This document shows, one piece after another, positions 27,655 to 36,396 of a DNA stretch of 64,000 nt. The notes below the pieces were generated by a model that was not told where the DNA came from, ran no database searches, and saw only the letters and a program-made list of their open reading frames with translations. The DNA lies in contig JAGGAE010000003.1 of assembly GCA_017889725.1 (NCBI GenBank), forward strand, positions 40,245-104,244, read 5' to 3'. Position 1 is the first letter of the stretch. The number at the start of each line of letters is the position of its first letter. The translations under genes were made by a program, and so were the position numbers. The DNA is from Bacillota bacterium. Its GTDB lineage: Bacteria; Bacillota; Negativicutes; Sporomusales; CTSoil-080.

Positions 27655-28704
27655 TTATTTTCCACCTTTCAGTTCTTTTAATTTTCGAATGTTATCTATA
27701 TAAGGGGGCGTTACTATCCCTTCCTCCGTAATAATCGCCGTTACCAGCGCGGCAGGAGTGACATCAAACGCCGGATTAAATACCTCGACGCCACCAGGGG
27801 CCGTAGTCGTTCCGCCAAAACCGGTAACTTCCGAAGCGGCGCGCTCTTCTATCTGTATGTCCTCACCCTTTTCCAATGAAAAGTCGAAGGTAGAAAGCGG
27901 TGCAGCAACATAAAAAGGAAGATTATGCTCTTTCGCTAATACCGCTACACTATATGTGCCGATCTTATTCGCCACATCCCCTGATAAAGTAATTCGGTCA
28001 GCACCGACAATAACGGCATCCACCATACGTTTTTTCATAACCCAGCCGGCCATACTATCGGTAATCAGCGTTGTAGGAATGCCTTCCTGCAATAGCTCCC
28101 ACGCAGTTAACCGTGCTCCCTGCAAAAGCGGACGCGTCTCATCAGCAAATACTCTTTGTATTTTTCCTTGTGAAAACGCCTGACGAATAACGCCCAGCGC
28201 GGTACCCCAAGCCACCGTCGCCAGCGCTCCGGCATTACAATGAGTAAGTATACTGATTTTTTTATTAAACAGAGCAGCGCCATGCGCTGAAATCCGCTTG
28301 TTTACTTCTTTATCTTCTTCGAAAATAGCCAGAGCTTCGGCTTCAAGTAAAGATATTAAATGGATTGTATTACTTTCTTTTTGATAGTAACGCTTAGCCG
28401 CGGTAAACATCCTGTCCACCGCCCAAAACAAGTTAACAGCAGTAGGTCTGGTTTGCTTTAATTCATCAGCAATAACGGCAAACTTATCCCAAAAGTCGAG
28501 GGACTCAACCGATAATTCTCTGGCACCCAACACCATTCCAAATGCCGCCGCCGCCCCGATGGCCGGCGCACCACGCACTTCCAACCGCCGTATTGCCTCA
28601 GCAACCCGGCGGTAATCCCGGCAAGTAATATATTCTGTTCTTTCAGGCAACAACGTCTGATTTAGCAGCATCAAACAACCGTTTTCCCATAGAATAGACT
28701 GCAT
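27655..28704 (-). CDS. mtnA: S-methyl-5-thioribose-1-phosphate isomerase
   Basis: 349 aa with LLNQTLLPERTEY...VRGAPAIGAAAAFG...HCNAGALATV...VGADRI. Confidence 0.9.
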   Translation of the reverse strand: MQSILWENGCLMLLNQTLLPERTEYITCRDYRRVAEAIRRLEVRGAPAIGAAAAFGMVLGARELSVESLDFWDKFAVIADELKQTRPTAVNLFWAVDRMFTAAKRYYQKESNTIHLISLLEAEALAIFEEDKEVNKRISAHGAALFNKKISILTHCNAGALATVAWGTALGVIRQAFSQGKIQRVFADETRPLLQGARLTAWELLQEGIPTTLITDSMAGWVMKKRMVDAVIVGADRITLSGDVANKIGTYSVAVLAKEHNLPFYVAAPLSTFDFSLEKGEDIQIEERAASEVTGFGGTTTAPGGVEVFNPAFDVTPAALVTAIITEEGIVTPPYIDNIRKLKELKGGK

Positions 28705-28721
28705 CTCTCTTCACCAGCCTT

Positions 28722-29516
28722 CTACAGTGTAAAACCGCCGAATTCGGCCAGTGCATGACGGCAGGAACAATCTTGTTGGATATCAATCCTTTCAATTGTC
28801 GCCATAATGAGTTTTTTAATATTTTCTGTATTAGCCGCCATTGTCTCCAACACCTCGGAATGGGTCAACGGATGTGGTGAAATTCCGGCAGCAAAATTAG
28901 TAACCATGGAAACCGTCGCATAGCAAATCTCAGCTTCACGGGCCAATACCACTTCCGGAACATTAGTCATACCAACAACGTCCCCGCCTAATTGCCGAAA
29001 TGCCTTAATTTCCGCTGGAGTCTCAAAACGTGGTCCTTCCGCACAAACATAAGTCCCTTTAGCATGAGCCTTAATACCCAGCCCTTCAGCCGCTTTCAGT
29101 AAAGTCTCCCTTAAATTAGGACAATAGGGCTGAGTAACGTCCACATGAACCACTTGGCGCCCCTCCCCATTATAGAAAGTGTTTACCCGGCTTTTGGTAA
29201 AATCCAGAAACTGATCAATGAATACAAAATCCCCGCCACCCATATCTGGATTAAGGGAACCCACTGCGGTAGAAGCTATAATGTTGGTTACACCCAATTT
29301 CTTCAGTGCCCATATATTAGCCCGGTAATTAATAAGGTGCGGCGGTATAGAATGGGCACTGCCGTGACGAGGAATAAAGGCCACCGGCTTCCCCTTGAAT
29401 TCGCCCACCTTATATTTGACATCCCCGTAAGGAGTAACCACAGTATCTTCCCTGATGTTTTCTAAAATACGCGGATCATAAAGTCCTGTGCCACCAATAA
29501 TTGCAATTTTGATCAT
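28722..29516 (-). CDS. mtnP: S-methyl-5'-thioadenosine phosphorylase
   Basis: 264 aa from ATG 29516. MIKIAIIGGTGLYD, FIPRHGSAHSIPPHLINYRANIWALKKLGV, and GPRFETPAEI. Confidence 0.9.
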   Translation of the reverse strand: MIKIAIIGGTGLYDPRILENIREDTVVTPYGDVKYKVGEFKGKPVAFIPRHGSAHSIPPHLINYRANIWALKKLGVTNIIASTAVGSLNPDMGGGDFVFIDQFLDFTKSRVNTFYNGEGRQVVHVDVTQPYCPNLRETLLKAAEGLGIKAHAKGTYVCAEGPRFETPAEIKAFRQLGGDVVGMTNVPEVVLAREAEICYATVSMVTNFAAGISPHPLTHSEVLETMAANTENIKKLIMATIERIDIQQDCSCRHALAEFGGFTL

Positions 29517-29595
29517 TACCCTCACCTTACCCTATCATTGAAATATAAAACCCAGCATGTTCATTTTACTACTTATTACTATATCCAATCTAACA

Positions 29596-30234
29596 TTAAA
29601 TTCCACAAATAGAGAGTAAATCCTTCATGGAAGCTAATACGAAATCCGCATTTTCCGCTTCTATAACTGTCCACGGAAGCTCCGTCCAGCGTACTGCCGC
29701 TGTTTTGACTCCAGCGCACGCCGCACTCTTAAGATCGGCCGGACTGTCACCTGCCATCAGGCAGTCGGAGGCGCTAAGTTGTATAGCCTTTAGCGCGAGT
29801 TCAACAGGTTCCGGATGCGGTTTATGATTTTCGCAGTTATCACAACCAATAACCACAGAAAAATATTTTTCAATATCAAATAATTTCAACCCTAACCGGG
29901 CTCTTTCCTCAAATTTTGATGTTACTACTGCCAGTTTTATACCGCTCGCATATAACCGTTGTAGAGTCTCAGTCACATCCGGGAAGATTCTAGTCAGACG
30001 ATCATGATTACTGGCATTAAATTCCCGATACGTCTTAGTCATTTCATCCACTTTATCCGGCCCTAAATACTCCAGCGCAGCCCGAAGGGGTCTTCCAAAA
30101 TATGCACGAACAATATCTACATCTACATCCCGGTTGAAATGCACTCTATACGTATGCTGAAAGGATTGTATAATCAACGCATTTGTATTTAACAGCGTTC
30201 CGTCTAAATCAAAAAGTATACCGCGATAGTTCAT
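29596..30234 (-). CDS. HAD-superfamily phosphatase (PpaX/Gph-like)
   Basis: 212 aa with FDLDGTLLNT, VVTSK and GDSPADLKSA. The SD is TAGGAGGAG. Confidence 0.85.
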   Translation of the reverse strand: MNYRGILFDLDGTLLNTNALIIQSFQHTYRVHFNRDVDVDIVRAYFGRPLRAALEYLGPDKVDEMTKTYREFNASNHDRLTRIFPDVTETLQRLYASGIKLAVVTSKFEERARLGLKLFDIEKYFSVVIGCDNCENHKPHPEPVELALKAIQLSASDCLMAGDSPADLKSAACAGVKTAAVRWTELPWTVIEAENADFVLASMKDLLSICGI

Positions 30235-30364
30235 AGTCTCCTCCTAAAAATAGTGCAACCAAGTAAATTCGTCTCAGCCTGTCCCATTATATTACACATT
30301 GCACATAAATAAAAGAGACCGTAGCCCTCTACAGCCCCTTTGTATGTACAACCTGTCGTAAAAT

Positions 30365-30787
30365 TCAAAGGTTAACACCAACCAATCCCCCCAATGCCCC
30401 GGCTGCCACTCCAGCTATCACCCGGCTGGTCAGAACCATTAATAGCGGAGAATCGTCCGACATCTCTAACCCTATGGCCACCGAAACCAATACATAAATT
30501 AGACCAACCGACATGCCAATAATAATTCCCTGCGCCCCGGCTTTCTTCGCCGCATACGCACTACCCAGAAAAATACTGCCAACGGTAATCGCTACCATAA
30601 TATAACGATTGTATTCTTCAAGAAAAACACTGTCGGTTGCTACATTCGCTAAAGTCAAAAGAACAACCGCAATTAGTGAAACTACAAGACCAACAACAAC
30701 GCCTTTACCGATCAAAGTCACGGCGGCAGAAGTCGAAGTTTTTCGCGGTTTAGCATTGTAGCGCGTACTTTTTGCCCCCCTCACCAC
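30365..30787 (-). CDS. Small integral membrane protein (4 predicted TM; YrzE/TIGR04086-like guess)
   Basis: About 140 aa, Gly/Ala/Val-rich with hydrophobic helices. The likely start is GTG 30787, 6 nt after GGGAGGT, which lies inside the longer ORF-track call. Confidence 0.5.
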   Translation of the reverse strand: MVRGAKSTRYNAKPRKTSTSAAVTLIGKGVVVGLVVSLIAVVLLTLANVATDSVFLEEYNRYIMVAITVGSIFLGSAYAAKKAGAQGIIIGMSVGLIYVLVSVAIGLEMSDDSPLLMVLTSRVIAGVAAGALGGLVGVNL

Positions 30788-30823
30788 AGTATTACCTCCC
30801 ATGAAGTTTTACTGTAATTTATG

Positions 30824-31585
30824 CTAGGTTGACAAATTCCATTCCTTAATAAGCGGCATTATATTATAGTTTGTCAAATCAAAATGGATGGGTGTGACCG
30901 ATATCTTTCTCTGCTCCACCGCGACGACATCACTCCCCTTACCATTACCTGCATGTACCGGCCTTCCGCCCATCCAGTAATAGCTGCGTCCTCGCGGATC
31001 CTGCCTGTGTTCAAAAATATTCTCATACTGGATAACACCTAGCCGGGTTATTTCCACTCCGGCAAACTCGTTAGCCTTTAGTGGCGGAACATTAACATTC
31101 AACAACGTATTGGGCGGCAATTTCTTTTCCAGAGTGATCTGCACGAGTTTACTGGTAAATTCAGCAGCCACACTAAAATCGTCGTACTGCCAGCTTGTTA
31201 GGGATACGGCAATAGCCGGATACCCAAGGAGAGCGCCCTCAATCGCTGCGCTTACCGTGCCGGAATATAACACATCAGTTCCCAAGTTAGCACCCTGATT
31301 AATACCGGATACAATGATATCCGGTTTCTCTTGCAATAGCGCCTCAACCCCGATCTTAACACAATCGGTAGGGGTGCCGCCAATTCGCCAGCCAGTTACT
31401 CTCTCTTCCTCGAAAAAATGCTCGTCTACCCGGATGGGCTGATGAACTGTAATAGCCTGACTGGTAGCACTGCGTTCCGAATCCGGTGCAACAACCGCAA
31501 CATCACCGATTTTTGATAGTTCTTGCCACAACGCCTGTATCCCAGGAGCCAATATACCGTCATCATTGGTAAGAAGAATGCGCAA
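30824..31585 (-). CDS. surE: 5'/3'-nucleotidase SurE
   Basis: 253 aa with MRILLTNDDGILAPGI and GINQGANLGTDVLYSGTVSAA. TTG start with TAGGAGGGG upstream. Confidence 0.93.
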   Translation of the reverse strand: MRILLTNDDGILAPGIQALWQELSKIGDVAVVAPDSERSATSQAITVHQPIRVDEHFFEEERVTGWRIGGTPTDCVKIGVEALLQEKPDIIVSGINQGANLGTDVLYSGTVSAAIEGALLGYPAIAVSLTSWQYDDFSVAAEFTSKLVQITLEKKLPPNTLLNVNVPPLKANEFAGVEITRLGVIQYENIFEHRQDPRGRSYYWMGGRPVHAGNGKGSDVVAVEQRKISVTPIHFDLTNYNIMPLIKEWNLST

Positions 31586-31597
31586 TAGGGTCCCCTC

Positions 31598-32329
31598 CTA
31601 TAGTTGTCCCATAAATTTATGAGTTTGCGGAATAACACGCGCATCGCGCACCAGGTCCAATGCCACTGCCTGAAATTCCAGCATTTTTTCCGGCGAAATT
31701 CCCAAAACGCCATGGAGAGGAGTAACTGGCTGAATGACAACTAAAATTGCTGGATCAACCTTAGCCACCAGATTCATCGCCCGCATAAATTCGCTCAAAT
31801 GAGTATCTCCCGTAACTACCACTTTGACAAAGATATCTTTCTCAACCGCAAGCTGTAAGAACTTCTCATGCTCGGTCCAATATTCCTGCCCCGTAACGCT
31901 TGGCAGTTTTATATCCATACTAACAATATCAATATACGGCAATAAAACCTTCAGCGCGTCCGGCATGGTACCATTGGTTTCAAGATAGCTCTTGCCATGT
32001 GTATGTTGGACTAACTCTTTCAGCGCATCTAATTGGCATAAAGGCTCTCCCCCCGTAAAACTCACGGAGTGATGCGGTGAAACCAGCAAATTATTGATAT
32101 ATCCCGATACTTCCTCTACAGATAACGGATTATTCGCGCTTATAAAATCGCGTTTTCCCGGATTACATTCAATACATGCCTGCAAAACCGGATTTCTCGA
32201 ATCAGGGGTATCGCAGTAACGGCAAGCAAGATTACAGCCTGCCATCCGTACAAATACTTGACGGCAACCAGCATATTTACCTTCCCCCTGGATGGATGAA
32301 AAGATCTCTACAACAGAAACTTCACTCAC
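31598..32329 (-). CDS. queE: 7-carboxy-7-deazaguanine synthase (radical SAM)
   Basis: 243 aa with EIFSSIQGEGKYAGCRQVFVRMAGCNLACRYCDTP. GTG start with GGGAGGAA upstream. Confidence 0.9.
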   Translation of the reverse strand: MSEVSVVEIFSSIQGEGKYAGCRQVFVRMAGCNLACRYCDTPDSRNPVLQACIECNPGKRDFISANNPLSVEEVSGYINNLLVSPHHSVSFTGGEPLCQLDALKELVQHTHGKSYLETNGTMPDALKVLLPYIDIVSMDIKLPSVTGQEYWTEHEKFLQLAVEKDIFVKVVVTGDTHLSEFMRAMNLVAKVDPAILVVIQPVTPLHGVLGISPEKMLEFQAVALDLVRDARVIPQTHKFMGQL

Positions 32330-32330
32330 A

Positions 32331-32699
32331 TTATTCCTCCCGGTACGCTACGGCCGAACGCGGAGATTCCCATACCTTTACTTGTTTTACTTTAATATTT
32401 TGCGCAAATTGACCATTTAGTTGCTGATAAATGTATTTAGCAATGTTTTCCGCTGAAGGATTCCAATCTTTGAATGCGTCCAATTCATTCAGATAATAAT
32501 GATCCAACTGCTCAATGATACTATTCACATGTTGCTTGAGCACGCGAAAATCAATAAGCATTCCAAGTTTGTCTAACTGAGTACCGGCTACAGTAACCTC
32601 CACTTGCCAATTATGTCCATGCAGACGGGCACACTTGCCTGAGTATCCTTCAAGTCGGTGAGCAGCTTCGAATTCAACGATAGTAGTTAATTCGTACAT
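32331..32699 (-). CDS. queD: 6-carboxy-5,6,7,8-tetrahydropterin synthase
   Basis: 122 aa from ATG 32699 reading MYELTTIVEFEAAHRLEGYSGKCARLHGHNWQVEVTV. It overlaps the GT2 3' end by 26 nt. Confidence 0.88.
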   Translation of the reverse strand: MYELTTIVEFEAAHRLEGYSGKCARLHGHNWQVEVTVAGTQLDKLGMLIDFRVLKQHVNSIIEQLDHYYLNELDAFKDWNPSAENIAKYIYQQLNGQFAQNIKVKQVKVWESPRSAVAYREE

Positions 32700-33909
32700 A
32701 ACTAATACTACGGGTATGCTGGGTATGACTCCACACCCGATTTTTTCGGTGCAACAGGCCCAAAAAGGTAATAGGTATCTGGCTATACACAAACAGCGGA
32801 TACAAGATAAGATAAAACCAGGACTTTAGGGAAGCTCGAATCATGATCAGAACAATTACCGGGAATATATATTGACCAACAGCAATAATTGTCCACACCT
32901 GAAGCGGAATAATTTTAAAGAGAATATCGGTGTATAAATGAAACATTGGGTTTAGATAACTCATGATGACAAAGAACGTTGACATTAGCAAAAAGTGCGA
33001 CTGCAATAAATGCAATACCCCATCAAGCAAACGCCAGTTCCGACGGCGTATTCCTTCAAAGAATAACTGAGGGATATAACGTCCGGCTACGTCAAAATGA
33101 CCTTGCGCCCAACGTTTGCGCTGATTCCATGATTGCATAAAGGTAAGAGGCTTTTCATCATATACAATGGCTTCATGAGCCCAGGTGGTTCTAATTCCTT
33201 TTAAAAGCACCTTCATGGTGAACTCTAAATCCTCAGTTAAACAGGTAGCACCCCATCCGAATTCCTGCAAAACATCCATCGAAATGCACATACCCGTCCC
33301 CCCCAAGGCGCTTGACAGCCCCAGGTTATACTTAGCTAAATGCCATATATGGTTAATGAGCCAGAAAGAAATGGCAAAGGTACCGGCAATCCAAGTATCA
33401 TTGGGATTCTTTGCATCAAGATATCCCTGGATTACTTTCTCCCCTTTACATAAACGATTATTCATTTCCAGCAAAAAGTTAGGATGTACCAAATTGTCGG
33501 CGTCAAATACTACAACAGCATCATATTTTCGTTTCATGCGGTATAATTTAGCAAACATCCACTCCATTGCATAACCTTTACCGCGCTCTTTAGAATTATT
33601 ACGTTCATGAACAATAGCCCCCGCTTGACGAGAAAGCTGCACCGTCTTATCGGTACAATTATCCGCAACGACAAAAATATCATACATATCTCGAGGATAA
33701 TTCAAAACTTGAAGATTCTCGATTAACTGCACAATAACATTCTCTTCATTATGAGCCGCCACAACTACTGCAAAGGATTTTTCCGGTACAAGAATTTTGT
33801 TTTCTTTGCGCCGCCACATCCCAAATAGAGCAAGAATAAAATAATAGAATGTAAAAAATACAATGATGAGTTGTATAGGAATCATAATATAGTCCAAAAT
33901 ATGGTCCAT
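32674..33909 (-). CDS. Membrane-bound processive family-2 glycosyltransferase (IcaA/PgaC/CESA-like, QxxRW motif)
   Basis: 411 aa with an N-terminal TM, the catalytic core VVVAAHNEE...VVADNCTD...FDADN...TEDLE...QRKRWAQG, and 3-4 C-terminal TM helices. Confidence 0.8.
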   Translation of the reverse strand: MDHILDYIMIPIQLIIVFFTFYYFILALFGMWRRKENKILVPEKSFAVVVAAHNEENVIVQLIENLQVLNYPRDMYDIFVVADNCTDKTVQLSRQAGAIVHERNNSKERGKGYAMEWMFAKLYRMKRKYDAVVVFDADNLVHPNFLLEMNNRLCKGEKVIQGYLDAKNPNDTWIAGTFAISFWLINHIWHLAKYNLGLSSALGGTGMCISMDVLQEFGWGATCLTEDLEFTMKVLLKGIRTTWAHEAIVYDEKPLTFMQSWNQRKRWAQGHFDVAGRYIPQLFFEGIRRRNWRLLDGVLHLLQSHFLLMSTFFVIMSYLNPMFHLYTDILFKIIPLQVWTIIAVGQYIFPVIVLIMIRASLKSWFYLILYPLFVYSQIPITFLGLLHRKNRVWSHTQHTRSISYVRINYYR

Positions 33910-34154
33910 GGATAAAATCTCCTTTTTTAAGAACAGCGTTTAACTACTCCGCCAATACTGTATACTACTTACTTATGCAACGATCCTACAACCAATTACC
34001 AATAGGTTGTCTTATTTACAAGTATCACCATTTGCTTAATGGAAATATTCGCCATTGACTATACATCTCCTGCAAACGTGGTTCTCATTTAATATAACCC
34101 ACTAGAAACTATGTATCCTCGAACGTACTTCCAGCGCACATTGCTAACAATGAG

Positions 34155-34826
34155 CTAGGATGGAGATTCCAGTAAACCAAAGACTGTGTTAAGAATGCCG
34201 AACACAGCATAAGCAAAAAAGATTGCAAATAGAATTGCCTGAAACGAAACAAAAAGTATGCCCAAGGCCACTGCAATCGCCACAACCGCCGGAATTACCC
34301 TGATTTTCTCGCCTTTTCCTTTAAAATCAGGATATTTAACGGTACTAATCATCAAATAGGCGAATACGGCAACAAAAATACAAAACATCCAGGCATCCGG
34401 TTTAATACCAACCATAACAAACGTAGCAACCACACATCCGGCGGCTGGAATAGGCAGCCCCATAAAATACCCTTTAACTACGGATACATTTACATTGAAT
34501 CTTGCCAGCCGTAAAGCGCCGCACACGGCAAATGCCGCAACTACGGCGGCACCAGTATATCCCATATCTTTTAATAAATAACTATACGCCAATATAGCCG
34601 GAGCAACCCCAAAAGATACTAAATCACATAAAGAATCTAATTCCTTGCCAAACTCACTGCTAACTTTGAAATACCGCGCCGCTCTACCATCCATGGCATC
34701 AGCCAACATGGCAATAACAATAAAAATAGCTGCCGGTATATACGCTCCCTGAAAAGTGGCAAGCAGCGAGAAAAAACCAAATACAAGGTTAGATGAAGTT
34801 AACATATTAGGAATGATTGATTTCAT
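34155..34826 (-). CDS. pssA: CDP-diacylglycerol--serine O-phosphatidyltransferase
   Basis: 223 aa with the CDP-alcohol motif DAMDGRAARYFKVSSEFGKELDSLCDLVSFG. There is a 4-nt ATGA overlap with psd. Confidence 0.88.
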   Translation of the reverse strand: MKSIIPNMLTSSNLVFGFFSLLATFQGAYIPAAIFIVIAMLADAMDGRAARYFKVSSEFGKELDSLCDLVSFGVAPAILAYSYLLKDMGYTGAAVVAAFAVCGALRLARFNVNVSVVKGYFMGLPIPAAGCVVATFVMVGIKPDAWMFCIFVAVFAYLMISTVKYPDFKGKGEKIRVIPAVVAIAVALGILFVSFQAILFAIFFAYAVFGILNTVFGLLESPS

Positions 34827-35461
34827 TCGCGTAACCTCCCGATGACTGTCTCGCCACCTCGTACTTTATCTCCTTTTTTCACCAGCACTTCGACCGAAGT
34901 AGGTACTACCAGTTCTGTGCAAGACCCAAACTTAATCATCCCGTAGCGTTCTCCCCGTTGTAGGGCCGTTCCCAGTGTTACCCACGACACAATGCAACGG
35001 GCTAGTATTCCGGCAATTTGTGTAACCAAAATGCGCATTCGCTCATTTTCAATGCCCACAGTATGTCGTTCGTTTTCACAGCCAACCGATTCCTTATAGG
35101 CAGGCCGAAAACGTCCACAAGTATATTGCTGATATTTAATTTCCCCTGCAATAGGGCTGCGGTTTATGTGAACATTGAACACCGAAAGAAATATCGTTAT
35201 TCTTACACCCATTTCCTCCAGAAACTGGTCCTCATATACATCACTAACCCCCATCACTACTCCATCTGCCGGCGAAACAATTAAACGGTCATCTTCTGGA
35301 ATAGTTCGGTTGGGATTACGGAAAAAAAACGACACAAAACAGAATAACACGCCTGGGATAATGCTCCAACATATGTCAACGGTCAAGGCAACTACAATTG
35401 TAATAAACGCCAGTACGCTGATATACACATAGCCTTCCTTAACAATTGGAGCTTTAACCAT
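34823..35461 (-). CDS. psd: Phosphatidylserine decarboxylase proenzyme (short form)
   Basis: 212 aa from ATG 35461 with SPADG, the self-cleavage region MIKFGSCTEL, and an N-terminal TM. Confidence 0.85.
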   Translation of the reverse strand: MVKAPIVKEGYVYISVLAFITIVVALTVDICWSIIPGVLFCFVSFFFRNPNRTIPEDDRLIVSPADGVVMGVSDVYEDQFLEEMGVRITIFLSVFNVHINRSPIAGEIKYQQYTCGRFRPAYKESVGCENERHTVGIENERMRILVTQIAGILARCIVSWVTLGTALQRGERYGMIKFGSCTELVVPTSVEVLVKKGDKVRGGETVIGRLRE

Positions 35462-35592
35462 CCATCCACCCCCCACCTGTGCCGTGCAAATATGCCGGTC
35501 TATTTATTCTACTTCCCGTTGGTACAATGCGACAGATAGACCAATCCGCCCCAAATTCCTCACTCATTATAATATACCCACTTTGATTTTGT

Positions 35593-36315
35593 CTAATGTT
35601 TTTTAGCCCCAAGTACCGCAAACACAAAGCGCGGCAGAGCGAGCATCCTGATCGCTCTTTGCGGCTGCAAAAGCAGTCTGAACAACCATTCCAAGCTTAA
35701 GCGCCGCATCCATAGAGGAGCCCTTTTTACATTTCCGGCCATAACATCAAACGATCCCCCAACGCCGATCGATACGGGAATATCCAATTCACGCATATTA
35801 GCTGCCAGCCATTTTTCTTGTTTTGGCACCCCTAGCGCTACAAGCAAAATATCCACGCGTTTTACCCGAATTTCTTCGATAATTCCCGGCATCTCGGCAG
35901 GAGTAAAGAACCCGTGGCGCACACCTGCCACCGTTATACCAGGATACCAGACTTTAGCGGTTTCTGCTGCCCTTTGGGCAATTCCATCCGCACCGCCAAA
36001 AAAATATACGCGATATCCGCAAGCCGCTGACCGGGCTAATAGCCGCTGTACCAAATCATAACCAGCTACCCGTTCCGGTACTTCACAGCCCTGATAACGC
36101 GCTGCCCATACAACCCCAGCACCATCCGGCACCACAATATCAGCTTTTTCCAGTATTCCGGCCAATTGAAGGTCATTTTGGGCTGCCATAACCATCTCTG
36201 CATTAGCCGTAGCAACCAGATGCGGCTCTCCCCCCCCAATAAAAGCTTCAATGATTTCTACTGCCTTATCCATGGTCACAGCGTCAACTCTGACACCCAA
36301 CACTCTTGTTTGCAC
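35593..36315 (-). CDS. WecG/TagA/CpsF-family glycosyltransferase
   Basis: 240 aa with ATANAEMVMAA...VVPDGAGVVWA...FFGG...VALGVPKQEKW...EWLFRL. GTG start. Confidence 0.85.
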   Translation of the reverse strand: MQTRVLGVRVDAVTMDKAVEIIEAFIGGGEPHLVATANAEMVMAAQNDLQLAGILEKADIVVPDGAGVVWAARYQGCEVPERVAGYDLVQRLLARSAACGYRVYFFGGADGIAQRAAETAKVWYPGITVAGVRHGFFTPAEMPGIIEEIRVKRVDILLVALGVPKQEKWLAANMRELDIPVSIGVGGSFDVMAGNVKRAPLWMRRLSLEWLFRLLLQPQRAIRMLALPRFVFAVLGAKKH

Positions 36316-36396
36316 TAGTAATAAGTCCCCTCACCCTATTTATATCTTGCTTTTAATAACTTGTACTATTTTACCACATTATGAGTGACCCGGCAA

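Noticed and set aside
32700-32792. 31-codon N-terminal extension of queD
   Set aside because: The QueD/PTPS fold starts at MYELTTIVEFEAAHRL. The extension is the C-terminal coding region of the GT2 gene read in another frame.
33910-34154. Possible preQ1 or c-di-GMP riboswitch upstream of the GT2-queDE operon
   Set aside because: I saw no AAAAAACUA-type preQ1 tail or GEMM-like GCAAAGCC/GGCAAACC elements by eye. Only short hairpins are present. It needs cmscan to exclude formally.
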